Shown in pieces: positions 9,535 through 19,612 of a stretch of 32,000 nucleotides of DNA (its first letter is position 1; each line of letters begins with the position of its first letter). Origin of the DNA: Cupriavidus necator (lineage in GTDB: Bacteria > Pseudomonadota > Gammaproteobacteria > Burkholderiales > Burkholderiaceae); NCBI RefSeq assembly GCF_016127575.1, contig NZ_CP066018.1, positions 690,001 through 722,000 on the forward strand, given 5' to 3'. The notes beneath the pieces are model-generated. The model did not search any database, was not told the origin of the DNA, and was given only the letters and a program-made list of their open reading frames with translations. Both the position numbers and the translations under genes were made by a program.

Positions 9535-9555
9535 TGTGGATAAACCTGTGGACAG
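9535..9555 (-). promoter_or_regulatory. Tandem DnaA-box-like 9-mers: a perfect TTATCCACA plus CTGTCCACA.
   Basis: The minus strand reads GCTGTCCACAGGTTTATCCACAGGG. TTATCCACA (plus 9535-9543) is the perfect E. coli-type DnaA box. CTGTCCACA (plus 9547-9555) matches at 7 of 9 positions. Both are in the same orientation, 12 bp apart start to start. Confidence 0.3.
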
Positions 9556-9615
9556 CCACTGGAGAAACTGTGCACAAGCCGCCACCCAAGAGCCGGAGCT
9601 CGACCGGCGCTGCGC

Positions 9616-11664
<2,049 letters not shown>

Positions 11665-11843
11665 ATCGGGCCTTGGTTATCGAACCATGCGGACCATGCC
11701 GCCGCCTGAAGCATCCCGGGATGCCTCGGCAAGCACTGGTGACGAGGATGCTCCATTTTACGACGCCCGCCCCTGCCGTGCGGCGCAGCAACGGCGCATC
11801 GTTTCCGGTAGACTCGATCGATCCACAGACGGGAACTGGTGCA

Positions 11844-13097
11844 ATGCAGTCTGAATCATGCGTGCCCGGCGAGGGCAAGGACCAGCGCCAGCCGGCACGG
11901 CACAAGCGCAAGTCGGCAGGCGACCCTGCGCAGGAATACCGTACCGAAATCATCTCCGACCTGGGCGAGATCGATGCCGCCGCCTGGGACGCCCTGGTGG
12001 CGCACCACGCCGACGCCACGCCGTTCCTGAAGCATGCCTTCCTGCACGCCCTGCACACCAGCGGCAGCGCCTGCGCCGAGACCGGGTGGAACCCGCGCTA
12101 CCTGACGTTGTGGGCGCCGGCCAAGGACGGCCGCCCGGAACGGCTGGCCGCGGCCATGCCGCTTTACGCCAAGGCGCATTCCTATGGCGAATATGTCTTC
12201 GACTGGGCCTGGGCCGACGCCTATGCCCGCAACGGGCTCGAGTACTACCCCAAATGGCTGGCGGCAATTCCCTTCACGCCGGTGCGCGGCGCGCGGCTGC
12301 TGGCCGAAGACGCCCATGCGCGCCGCCTGCTGCTGCAGATGGCGCTGGCGCTGGCCGCCGAAAGCCAGATGTCGTCGCTGCACATCCTGTTCCCCGACGA
12401 GGCCGAGGCCGCGCTGATGCAGCAGGCCGGCATGCTGATGCGGCACGGCGTGCAGTTCCACTGGACCAATGACGGCTATGGCAGCTTTGACGACTTCCTG
12501 GCCACGCTGTCGCAGAAAAAGCGCAAGAACATCCGCGCCGAGCGCCGCCAGGTCGCGCAGGCCGGCATCGGCTTCCGGCGCCTGCGTGGCGCGCAGATCG
12601 ACGACGATGCGTGGAAGTTCTTCAACCGGTGCTATCGCCAGACTTACCGCGAGCACCATTCCACGCCCTACCTGAACCTGGACTTCTTCCGGCGCATCGG
12701 CGCCGCCATGCCGCAGCACCTGCTGCTGGTGATCGCCGAGCGCGAGGGCCAGCCTATCGCCAGCTCGCTGCTGGTCTATGACGATACGCCCGAAGTCAGC
12801 ACGCTCTACGGGCGCTACTGGGGCGCACTGGAGTACCACGCCTGCCTGCACTTCGAAACCGCGTACTACCAGCCGCTGGAATTCTGCATCGAGCAAGGCA
12901 TACGCACCTTCGAAGGCGGCGCCCAGGGCGAACACAAGATGGCGCGCGGCTTCCTGCCGGTGGCGACGCGCTCGGCCCACTGGCTGGCGCATCCCGCTTT
13001 TGCCGATGCCGTCGAGCGCTTCCTTGAGCGCGAGCGCCAGGGCATCGACGCCTACCTGGACGAACTGAGCGAACGCAACCCGTTCGCCCGCGCCTGA
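11844..13097 (+). CDS. DUF482 / FemAB-like (GNAT-fold, BioF2-like) N-acyltransferase family protein (417 aa).
   Basis: Motifs such as ATPFLKHAFLHALHTSGSACAETGWNPRYL, YAKAHSYGEYVFDWAWADAY and LHFETAYYQPLEFCIEQGIRTFEGGAQGEHKMARGF are typical of the DUF482 family. The track start (TTG at 11673) would leave only 8 bp to the divergent nadE, so I prefer the ATG at 11844. The exact start is uncertain. Confidence 0.8.
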   Translation: MQSESCVPGEGKDQRQPARHKRKSAGDPAQEYRTEIISDLGEIDAAAWDALVAHHADATPFLKHAFLHALHTSGSACAETGWNPRYLTLWAPAKDGRPERLAAAMPLYAKAHSYGEYVFDWAWADAYARNGLEYYPKWLAAIPFTPVRGARLLAEDAHARRLLLQMALALAAESQMSSLHILFPDEAEAALMQQAGMLMRHGVQFHWTNDGYGSFDDFLATLSQKKRKNIRAERRQVAQAGIGFRRLRGAQIDDDAWKFFNRCYRQTYREHHSTPYLNLDFFRRIGAAMPQHLLLVIAEREGQPIASSLLVYDDTPEVSTLYGRYWGALEYHACLHFETAYYQPLEFCIEQGIRTFEGGAQGEHKMARGFLPVATRSAHWLAHPAFADAVERFLERERQGIDAYLDELSERNPFARA

Positions 13098-13113
13098 ACA
13101 CGCAAGCCGGCGC

Positions 13114-13686
13114 TCAGCGCCACATCCGCCGCAGCGTGTTGTCGCCCAGCATGTAGTGGTGGAACAGCGACGCCATCGCGTGCAGGCCGATCACCAGGTA
13201 GAAGGCGGTGCCCAGGGTCTCGTGGACCTCCTTGACGGTGTCCTTCAGCGCCGGGTCGGCCGCCACCATCGCCGGCACTTCCAGCCCCAGCGAAGGCAAC
13301 GCCAGCAGGTGGCCGCCAGCGTTCATCGCCAGCAGCCCCAGCAGCGGCTGGGCCAGGATATACAAGTAAAGCACCCAGTGCATGGCCTCGCCGGCCAACT
13401 GCATCCAGCGCGCGCCCGGCTCCGGCGCGGGCGCGCCGCGCACCAGGCGCCACACCAGGCGCGGCACCGCCAGCACCAGCACCAGCGCCCCCGCCCATTC
13501 ATGGACTGTCATCGCCAGCGCGCGCGGCGGCGTGCCCTTGGCAAAACTGCCCTTCAGCTCGATCGCGGAATAGGCCAGCGCCACCAGCAGGAACACCGCC
13601 CAGTGGAAGCACACCGCCAGCCGGTCATAGCGGCGCAGCGGCGACAAGGCCTGCGGCAATGCCTGGATTTCGGTGATGGGATTCAT
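13114..13686 (-). CDS. Cytochrome b561 family protein (CybB-like, 190 aa).
   Basis: The protein has four predicted transmembrane helices with conserved heme-ligand histidines (FHWAVFLL, VHEWAG, MHWVLY, EVHETLG...). The C-terminal motif is LFHHY...DNTLRRM. Confidence 0.85.
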   Translation of the reverse strand: MNPITEIQALPQALSPLRRYDRLAVCFHWAVFLLVALAYSAIELKGSFAKGTPPRALAMTVHEWAGALVLVLAVPRLVWRLVRGAPAPEPGARWMQLAGEAMHWVLYLYILAQPLLGLLAMNAGGHLLALPSLGLEVPAMVAADPALKDTVKEVHETLGTAFYLVIGLHAMASLFHHYMLGDNTLRRMWR

Positions 13687-13765
13687 AGGGGACTCCTCTT
13701 GTCAGCACCCGCATAGCGTAGCGCAAGGCACTTGCCCGGATGCTGCCGTACATCAAGCGCGCGGC

Positions 13766-13792
13766 AACAAAAAACCCCGCCGGAGCGGGGCT
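13766..13792 (-). terminator. Rho-independent terminator of ppa.
   Basis: CCCCGC (13775-13780) pairs with GCGGGG (13785-13790) around a 4-nt loop. On the minus strand the stem is followed by TTTTTTGTT. The structure lies about 20 nt after the ppa stop. Confidence 0.6.
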
Positions 13793-13811
13793 TCTTCAGC
13801 GGCGGTTCAGC

Positions 13812-14339
13812 TTACTTCTTGTAGTTGGCCACGCCGTCGGTGATTTCCTTGTGGGCTTCCTCGATGCCAGCCCAGCCTTCGACCTTGACCCACTTGCCGG
13901 CTTCCAGTGCCTTGTAGTGCTCAAAGAAGTGCTTGATCTGGTCCAGCTGGTTCTGCGGCACGTCCGACAGGCCCTTCATGTAGGCGGTGGCCGGCGACAG
14001 CTTGTCCAGCGGCACAGCGACCAGCTTGGCGTCCACGCCCGACTCGTCGGTCATCTTCAGCATCCCGAGTGCACGGCAGCGCACCACGGCGCCGGCCAGG
14101 ATCGGGAACGGCGACAGCACCAGCACATCCACCGGGTCGCCGTCGCCCGACAGCGTCTGCGGGATGTAGCCATAGTTGGCCGGATAGCGCATGCCTGTGC
14201 CGATAAAGCGGTCGACGAACAGCAGGCCGGTTTCCTTGTCTGCCTCGTACTTCACCGGATCGCTCTGGGCCGAGATCTCGATGATGACGTTGAAATCGTT
14301 GGGGATGTCCTTGCCCGGGGTTACGAGGTTGAAGCTCAT
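13812..14339 (-). CDS. ppa: Inorganic pyrophosphatase (175 aa).
   Basis: The protein reads [74 protein letters not shown], a family I PPase signature. A GGAGA SD lies upstream of the ATG at 14339. The track start at 14441 is too far upstream. Confidence 0.95.
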   Translation of the reverse strand: MSFNLVTPGKDIPNDFNVIIEISAQSDPVKYEADKETGLLFVDRFIGTGMRYPANYGYIPQTLSGDGDPVDVLVLSPFPILAGAVVRCRALGMLKMTDESGVDAKLVAVPLDKLSPATAYMKGLSDVPQNQLDQIKHFFEHYKALEAGKWVKVEGWAGIEEAHKEITDGVANYKK

Positions 14340-14381
14340 GCGGTTCTCCAGATGCCTGCGCGGTGTTGTTGGATGGCGGGC

Positions 14382-14387
14382 ATTATA
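14382..14387 (-). promoter_or_regulatory. Perfect TATAAT on the minus strand, a candidate -10 element for ppa.
   Basis: Plus-strand ATTATA at 14382-14387 reads TATAAT on the minus strand, about 43 nt upstream of the ppa ATG. No good -35 is present. Confidence 0.25.
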
Positions 14388-14435
14388 GCGGCTCATGCCT
14401 GACCGCAGGCTGACAGCTGGGCCAGGCACGGCGCA

Positions 14436-14463
14436 TTGCACGCTGGCCAGTGTCGGCGATAAT
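14436..14463 (+). promoter_or_regulatory. Candidate sigma70 promoter TTGCAC-N16-GATAAT for the aldehyde dehydrogenase operon.
   Basis: TTGCAC lies at 14436-14441 and GATAAT at 14458-14463, separated by a 16-nt spacer. The element is about 78 nt upstream of the ATG at 14541. Confidence 0.3.
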
Positions 14464-14540
14464 GGCGCATTCTTCAGCCGTCACTGAAAAGCGCAGCCGC
14501 CGTGCTGCCCCCTGTTGCACCCGCTGCCCCGGAGCCACCC

Positions 14541-15977
14541 ATGCACGCCCAGCACTTCGTCGCCAACCGCCTGATCGCGCCCGACAACGGCCTGCGCATC
14601 AAGGTCTTCGATCCGTCCAACGGCGAGCCGTTCGCCGAGATCGCACGCGGCAACGCCACCGATATCAACGTCGCCGTCCATGCGGCCCGCCAGGCCGCCG
14701 AAGGCGCCTGGGGCCAGATGGCGCCAGCGGAGCGGGTGCGCCTGCTCAACCGCGTCGCCGTGGCGCTGATCGCGCACGAGGACGAACTGGCCGCGCTCGA
14801 GGCCCGCGACACCGGCAAGCCGCTGCGCCAGGCGCGCGCCGATGCCCGCGCCGTGGCCCGCTATTTCGAGTTCTACGCCGGCGCGGTGGACAAGCTGCAC
14901 GGCCAGACCATCCCCTACAACCCCGGCTACACCGTGCTGACCGTGCGCGAGCCGCACGGCGTGACCGGCCACATCATCCCGTGGAACTACCCGCTGCAGA
15001 TCTTCGGGCGCAGCGTGGGCGCGGCGCTGGCCACCGGCAATGCCTGCGTGGTCAAGCCGGCCGAGGACGCCTGCCTGTCGCTGCTGCGCGTGGCCGAGAT
15101 CGCCGCCGATGCCGGCCTGCCCGAAGGCGCGCTCAATATCATCACCGGCTACGGCCATGAAGCCGGCGCCGCGCTGGCGCGCCACCCGGGCATCAACCAT
15201 ATCTCGTTCACCGGCTCGCCCCAGACCGGCAAGCAGGTGGCCCAGCTGGCCGCCGAGAACCACGTGCCGGTCACGCTGGAGCTGGGCGGCAAGTCGCCGC
15301 AGATCGTCTTTGCCGATGCCGACCTGGATACGCTGGTGCCGGTGGTGGTCAACGGCATCGTGCAGAATGCCGGCCAGACCTGCTCGGCCGGCAGCCGCCT
15401 GCTGGTGGAGCGGCCGGTCTATGACGCGCTGCTCGACCGGCTGGCGTCGGTGTTCGAGTCGCTGCGCGTAGGCCCGTCCGAGCTGGACCTGGAATGCGGG
15501 CCACTGATCAGCCGCAAGCAGCAGCAGCGCGTGTGGGACTTTGTCTCGGATGCGCAGCACGCCGGCGTGGCCGTGATGGCGCAAGGCCAGATCGTGGCCG
15601 ACGCGCCCGAGGCCGGCTACTACCAGGTGCCGATGCTGTTCCGCGACGTGCCGCCGGCGCACCGGCTGGCGCAGGAAGAAGTGTTCGGCCCGCTGCTGGC
15701 GGCGATGCCGTTCGACACCGAGGCCGAAGCCATCGCACTGGCCAACGGCACGCCCTACGGGCTCGTGGCCGGCGTCTGGACCCGCGACGGCGGGCGCCAG
15801 CTGCGCCTGGCGCACAAGCTGCGCGCGGGCCAGGTCTTTATCAACAACTACGGTGCCGGCGGCGGCGTTGAACTGCCCTTCGGCGGCACCGGCCAGTCTG
15901 GCTACGGCCGCGAGAAGGGCTTCGAGGCCCTGTACGGATTCACCACCCTGAAAACCATCGCCATCCAACATGGGTAA
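14541..15977 (+). CDS. NAD(P)-dependent aldehyde dehydrogenase family protein (478 aa).
   Basis: The protein carries the ALDH motifs PWNYPL, the catalytic Glu in VTLELGGKSPQIVF, the catalytic Cys in NAGQTCSAGSRLLV, and EEVFGPL. A GGAG SD lies 6 nt upstream of the ATG at 14541. Confidence 0.92.
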   Translation: MHAQHFVANRLIAPDNGLRIKVFDPSNGEPFAEIARGNATDINVAVHAARQAAEGAWGQMAPAERVRLLNRVAVALIAHEDELAALEARDTGKPLRQARADARAVARYFEFYAGAVDKLHGQTIPYNPGYTVLTVREPHGVTGHIIPWNYPLQIFGRSVGAALATGNACVVKPAEDACLSLLRVAEIAADAGLPEGALNIITGYGHEAGAALARHPGINHISFTGSPQTGKQVAQLAAENHVPVTLELGGKSPQIVFADADLDTLVPVVVNGIVQNAGQTCSAGSRLLVERPVYDALLDRLASVFESLRVGPSELDLECGPLISRKQQQRVWDFVSDAQHAGVAVMAQGQIVADAPEAGYYQVPMLFRDVPPAHRLAQEEVFGPLLAAMPFDTEAEAIALANGTPYGLVAGVWTRDGGRQLRLAHKLRAGQVFINNYGAGGGVELPFGGTGQSGYGREKGFEALYGFTTLKTIAIQHG

Positions 15978-16212
15978 CATCAATTTCCTGTCCGTCGCCT
16001 TTGCCATCTTCTTTTTCTGGATGGCATGGCATGTCCGGAACAAGCGCGCCACCAATCCTTCCGGCATGCCGCGGCTGCAGGTCTTCAAGCGCAAGTGGGG
16101 CGACGTCGTCGGCGACCGCGTGCACTGGTGCCTGTATGTGGCACTGCCCTTCCTGCTGGCACTGATGATGGTTGCCAATGCCCTGCGCGGGCGGGGGCCG
16201 TTCTCGCACTAG
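15970..16212 (+). CDS. Hypothetical small membrane protein (80 aa) that overlaps the aldehyde dehydrogenase stop.
   Basis: The protein reads MGNINFLSVAFAIFFFWMAWHVRNKR...VHWCLYVALPFLLALMMVANAL and has two hydrophobic helices. Its ATG overlaps the ALDH stop region by 8 nt (cATGGGTAA). Codon usage is G/C-ending. I recognise no family. Confidence 0.45.
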   Translation: MGNINFLSVAFAIFFFWMAWHVRNKRATNPSGMPRLQVFKRKWGDVVGDRVHWCLYVALPFLLALMMVANALRGRGPFSH

Positions 16213-16272
16213 GCATTGAGTACCCCGCAGCACGGAACACCAGAACATAACCACGACACCAGGAGACAAGCC

Positions 16273-17031
16273 ATGAGACTGGCCAACAAGGTAGCGATCA
16301 TCACCGGCGGCGGTTCCGGGTTCGGCGAAGGCATTGCCCACACCTTTGCGCGCGAAGGCGCCAACGTGGTGGTCGCCGACCTGCGCGAGGAAGCCGCCGA
16401 ACGCGTCGCCGCCGCGATCCGCGACGCCGGCGGCCGGGCCCGCGCGGTGCGCGCCGACGTTTCGCGCGAAGCCGGCACCGAGGCCATGCGCGAAGCCGCG
16501 CTGGCCACCTTCGGCGACGTCCATATCGTGGTCAACAACGCCGGCACGACCCATCGCAACAAGCCCATCCTCGAAGTCACCGAAGAGGAGTTCGACCGCG
16601 TCTACGCCGTCAACGTCAAGAGCATCTACTGGTCGGCGCGCACCTTTATCCCGCATTTCCGCCAGCGCGGCGGCGGCGTGTTCGTCAATATTGCCTCCAC
16701 CGCCGGCATCCGGCCGCGCCCGGGCCTGGTCTGGTACAACGGCAGCAAGGGCGCGGTGATCACCGCCAGCAAGGCCATGGCCGCGGAACTCGGCAAGGAC
16801 AATATCCGCGTCAACTGCGTCAACCCCGTGATCGGCGCCACCGCCCTGCTCGAAGAATTCATGGGCATGCCCGATACGCCCGAGAACCGCGCCAGATTCC
16901 TTGCCACCATCCCGATGGGCCGCATGTCGACCCCGCAGGACGTGGCCAACGCCTGCCTGTACCTGGCCTCGGACGAAGCTGCCTTTATCACCGGCACCTG
17001 CATCGAAGTGGACGGCGGCCGCTGCGTCTGA
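16273..17031 (+). CDS. Short-chain dehydrogenase/reductase (SDR) family oxidoreductase (252 aa).
   Basis: The protein begins MRLANKVAIITGGGSGFGEGIA, containing the TGxxxGxG motif. It also has NNAG and the catalytic Y-x3-K (YNGSKGAV). An AGGAGA SD lies upstream of the ATG at 16273. Confidence 0.92.
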   Translation: MRLANKVAIITGGGSGFGEGIAHTFAREGANVVVADLREEAAERVAAAIRDAGGRARAVRADVSREAGTEAMREAALATFGDVHIVVNNAGTTHRNKPILEVTEEEFDRVYAVNVKSIYWSARTFIPHFRQRGGGVFVNIASTAGIRPRPGLVWYNGSKGAVITASKAMAAELGKDNIRVNCVNPVIGATALLEEFMGMPDTPENRARFLATIPMGRMSTPQDVANACLYLASDEAAFITGTCIEVDGGRCV

Positions 17032-17112
17032 GCCGGTGCCGGCCACCTGCCTTCCCCGTTAGTCGTAGCTGTAAACGCATCATACAGAAGCGCCATATCC
17101 TCAGGAGACAGC

Positions 17113-18420
17113 ATGACAACAACCGCAGTAAACCCCGGCATCAGCGACGCCGCCTTTGAAGACGCCACCTACCGCAAGGTCAGTTGGCGCCTGGTGCCCT
17201 TCCTCTTGCTGTGCTACGTGGTGGCCTACCTGGACCGCGTCAACGTGGGCTTTGCCAAGCTGCAGATGCTCAACGACCTGCAGTTCAGCGAGACCATCTA
17301 TGGCTTGGGCGCCGGCATCTTCTTTATCGGCTACTTCCTGTTCGAAGTGCCCAGCAACGTGATCCTGCACAAGGTGGGCGCGCGCATCTGGATCGCGCGC
17401 ATCATGATCACCTGGGGCGCGATCTCGGCGGCGATGATGTTCGTCACCACGCCGACCATGTTCTACGTGCTGCGCTTCCTGCTGGGCATTGCCGAGGCCG
17501 GCTTCTTCCCCGGCATCATCCTGTACCTGACCTACTGGTACCCGGCCAACCGGCGCGGGCGCACCACCACCTACTTCATGACCGCGGTCGCGCTGGCAGG
17601 CGTGATCGGCGGGCCGCTGTCGGGCTGGATCATGCAGTCCTTCCACGGCCACAACGGCTGGTCCGGCTGGCAGTGGATGTTCCTGCTCGAGGGCATTCCG
17701 TCGATCCTGGTGGGGCTGTGGGTGCTGGCCTACCTGGACGACCGCATCGCCCACGCCAAGTGGCTGTCGCCGGAAGAGAAGGCGCTGCTGGAGCGCAATA
17801 TCGCCAGCGAGGATGCGCACAAGGAAGACCCGCCGATCCGCACCGTGATGTCCAGCCCGCGCGTCTGGCTGATGAGCGCGATCTACTTCTGCTTCGTGAT
17901 GGGCCTGTACGGCGTCAGCTTCTGGCTGCCGACCATCATCAAGCAGACCGGCGTCAAGGGCGCGCTCGATATCGGCCTGCTGACCGCCATCCCCTATGGC
18001 TGCGCAGTGGTCGGCATGGTGCTGGTGGCCTACAGCGCAGACCGCAGCGGCGAGCGCCGCTGGCATATCGCGCTGCCCGCGCTGGCCGGTTCGCTGGGCC
18101 TGCTGCTGTCGGTGCAATGGCATAGCGACACCACGCTGGCAATGGTGGCGCTGACGCTGGCCACCATCGGCATCCTGACCACGCTGCCGCTGTTCTGGAG
18201 CCTGCCGACTTCCTTCCTGGCCGGCACTGGCGCGGCCGCGGGCATCGCGCTGATCAACTCGCTGGGCAACCTTGCGGGCTTCCTCAGCCCCTATGCAGTG
18301 GGCTGGCTCAAGGACCTGACCCACAGCACCGATTCGGGCATGTACCTGCTGACCGCCTGCCTGGTGGTGGGCGCGGCGCTGACGCTTTCGGTGCCCAAGC
18401 GGCTGGTGAGCCGGAAATAG
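17113..18420 (+). CDS. MFS transporter, anion:cation symporter (ACS) family (tartrate/hydroxy-acid permease-like, 435 aa).
   Basis: The protein has 12 predicted transmembrane segments. The YLDRVNVGFA signature near TM1 and the LRFLLGIAEAGFFPG motif are typical of the ACS subfamily. An AGGAGA SD is present. Confidence 0.9.
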   Translation: MTTTAVNPGISDAAFEDATYRKVSWRLVPFLLLCYVVAYLDRVNVGFAKLQMLNDLQFSETIYGLGAGIFFIGYFLFEVPSNVILHKVGARIWIARIMITWGAISAAMMFVTTPTMFYVLRFLLGIAEAGFFPGIILYLTYWYPANRRGRTTTYFMTAVALAGVIGGPLSGWIMQSFHGHNGWSGWQWMFLLEGIPSILVGLWVLAYLDDRIAHAKWLSPEEKALLERNIASEDAHKEDPPIRTVMSSPRVWLMSAIYFCFVMGLYGVSFWLPTIIKQTGVKGALDIGLLTAIPYGCAVVGMVLVAYSADRSGERRWHIALPALAGSLGLLLSVQWHSDTTLAMVALTLATIGILTTLPLFWSLPTSFLAGTGAAAGIALINSLGNLAGFLSPYAVGWLKDLTHSTDSGMYLLTACLVVGAALTLSVPKRLVSRK

Positions 18421-18447
18421 CCCGTCCGCCAGGATCAGACGCCGTCA

Positions 18448-18483
18448 ACGGCCCTTCCCTTTGCGGGCAGGGCCGTTTTTCTT
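18448..18483 (+). terminator. Rho-independent terminator after the MFS gene.
   Basis: ACGGCCCT (18448-18455) pairs with AGGGCCGT (18469-18476). The stem is followed by TTTTTCTT. Confidence 0.6.
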
Positions 18484-18669
18484 CCTGCACCTGCGAAGTC
18501 GCTCACACGCCGCCTGCGGGCCACAATGCGCCGTCGGCTGACGCGGATGTAGGACCAAGCCCGGCAGTGTCGCCCACCCTTGGGCCCTAGGATGGAAAAG
18601 AGAGACCCGGAGTGATCCCACGGGGTCCTCCGGGGCATCTGATTCCGAAGCTCGCCCAAGGAGGCCACG

Positions 18670-19443
18670 ATGCTGCACCTGCCCCCGTTTGCCCCTACCC
18701 GTTCGCTGGAACTTGTCGAAGCGCGCCTGGCACGCCGCTCGCGCGTCAAGCGCCTGGTGATCGCGCTCAGCGCCGGCGTGGTCGCACTGCTCGCCCTGGT
18801 GCCAGCGGCCAGCCATGCGCAGGCGCCGGTGGTGGAGGCCAACCCTGCGCCTGCCGCCCCGGCACCCGCTACTCCGGCCGGCACCATGGCGCCGACCCCG
18901 GGTGCCACGATGCCGGCCGCGCCGCCGGCCGACACCATGCCCCCTGCCACACAACCCGCGCCGGGCATAGCTGCGCCTGCCACGGCAGCACCGCCGCCGA
19001 CGGCATCCCCGGCACCCGCGCCCACCGGCACGCCACCAGCCGCGCCGGCGCCAGCGCCGATGGCAGCGCCCGCGCAGCCACGCCCGCCGCTGACCACGCC
19101 GCCCCCGCCGCCGCCGCGTGATGCGATGGTCCAGCGTACGGCCGGCTCGGTCGCCTATATCTGCGGCGGTGTCGCCGAAGACGAGCAGGTCGCGCTGCAA
19201 TCGGAGGCGCGCAAGTACAACATGAGCCTGCTGTTCACGCAGGGCGCGCGCGGCGAGTACCTGTCCGACGTGGACGTCAAGCTGATGCGCGGCGGCAAGG
19301 AAGTCGCCAGCTTTGTCGCCGACGGTCCGCGCTGCCTGGTGAAGGCGCCGTCGGGCACGTACAACGTGCGGGCGACTTACCAGGGCCGGACCAAGACTGC
19401 CACGGTCAGCACCGGCGGCAAGAACGCGCAGATGCGCTGGTAG
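18670..19443 (+). CDS. Secreted protein with a Pro/Ala-rich low-complexity linker and a conserved-looking C-terminal beta-rich domain (257 aa).
   Basis: A strong AAGGAGG SD is present. The signal peptide is ...RRSRVKRLVIALSAGVVALLALVPAASHA/QAP. About 100 residues of P/A/T repeats follow (about 18820-19120). The C-terminal domain reads AYICGGVAEDEQVALQSEARKYNMSLLF...GTYNVRATYQGRTKTATV. Confidence 0.75.
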   Translation: MLHLPPFAPTRSLELVEARLARRSRVKRLVIALSAGVVALLALVPAASHAQAPVVEANPAPAAPAPATPAGTMAPTPGATMPAAPPADTMPPATQPAPGIAAPATAAPPPTASPAPAPTGTPPAAPAPAPMAAPAQPRPPLTTPPPPPPRDAMVQRTAGSVAYICGGVAEDEQVALQSEARKYNMSLLFTQGARGEYLSDVDVKLMRGGKEVASFVADGPRCLVKAPSGTYNVRATYQGRTKTATVSTGGKNAQMRW

Positions 19444-19485
19444 TCAGCTGGAACGGCGCGCCGTGCGGCGCGCCCGTGGAGGAGG

Positions 19486-19523
19486 AAAAAAGGCTCGGCA
19501 TCTTGCGATGTCGAGCCTTTTTG
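19486..19523. terminator. Bidirectional rho-independent terminator between the secreted-protein gene and chpA.
   Basis: AAAGGCTCG (19489-19497) pairs with CGAGCCTTT (19512-19520), with additional pairing inside the loop. An A-run precedes the stem and a T-run follows it, so a U-tract is available on both strands. Confidence 0.55.
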
Positions 19524-19574
19524 TCTTGGAAGTCATTGGCAGGCTTCCGCACAGCATCCGCTTACCGATTGGGT

Positions 19575-19606
19575 GCTCCCCTCTCCCGCAAGCGGGAGAG
19601 GGGAGC
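19575..19606. repeat. Perfect 15-bp inverted repeat (GCTCCCCTCTCCCGC AA GCGGGAGAGGGGAGC) immediately 3' of chpA.
   Basis: The arms lie at 19575-19589 and 19592-19606 and have perfect complementarity. The structure is 6 nt downstream of the chpA stop (19613-19615) and has no U-tract. It looks like a REP-type element or a transcript-stabilising hairpin. Confidence 0.6.
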
Positions 19607-19612
19607 AAACCG

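Noticed and set aside
18435-19200. Two minus-strand ORFs (220 and 251 aa) rich in Gly, Ala and Arg.
   Set aside because: They are the reverse complement of the Pro/Ala-rich linker of the plus-strand secreted protein, which has a strong SD, a signal peptide and a structured C-terminal domain.
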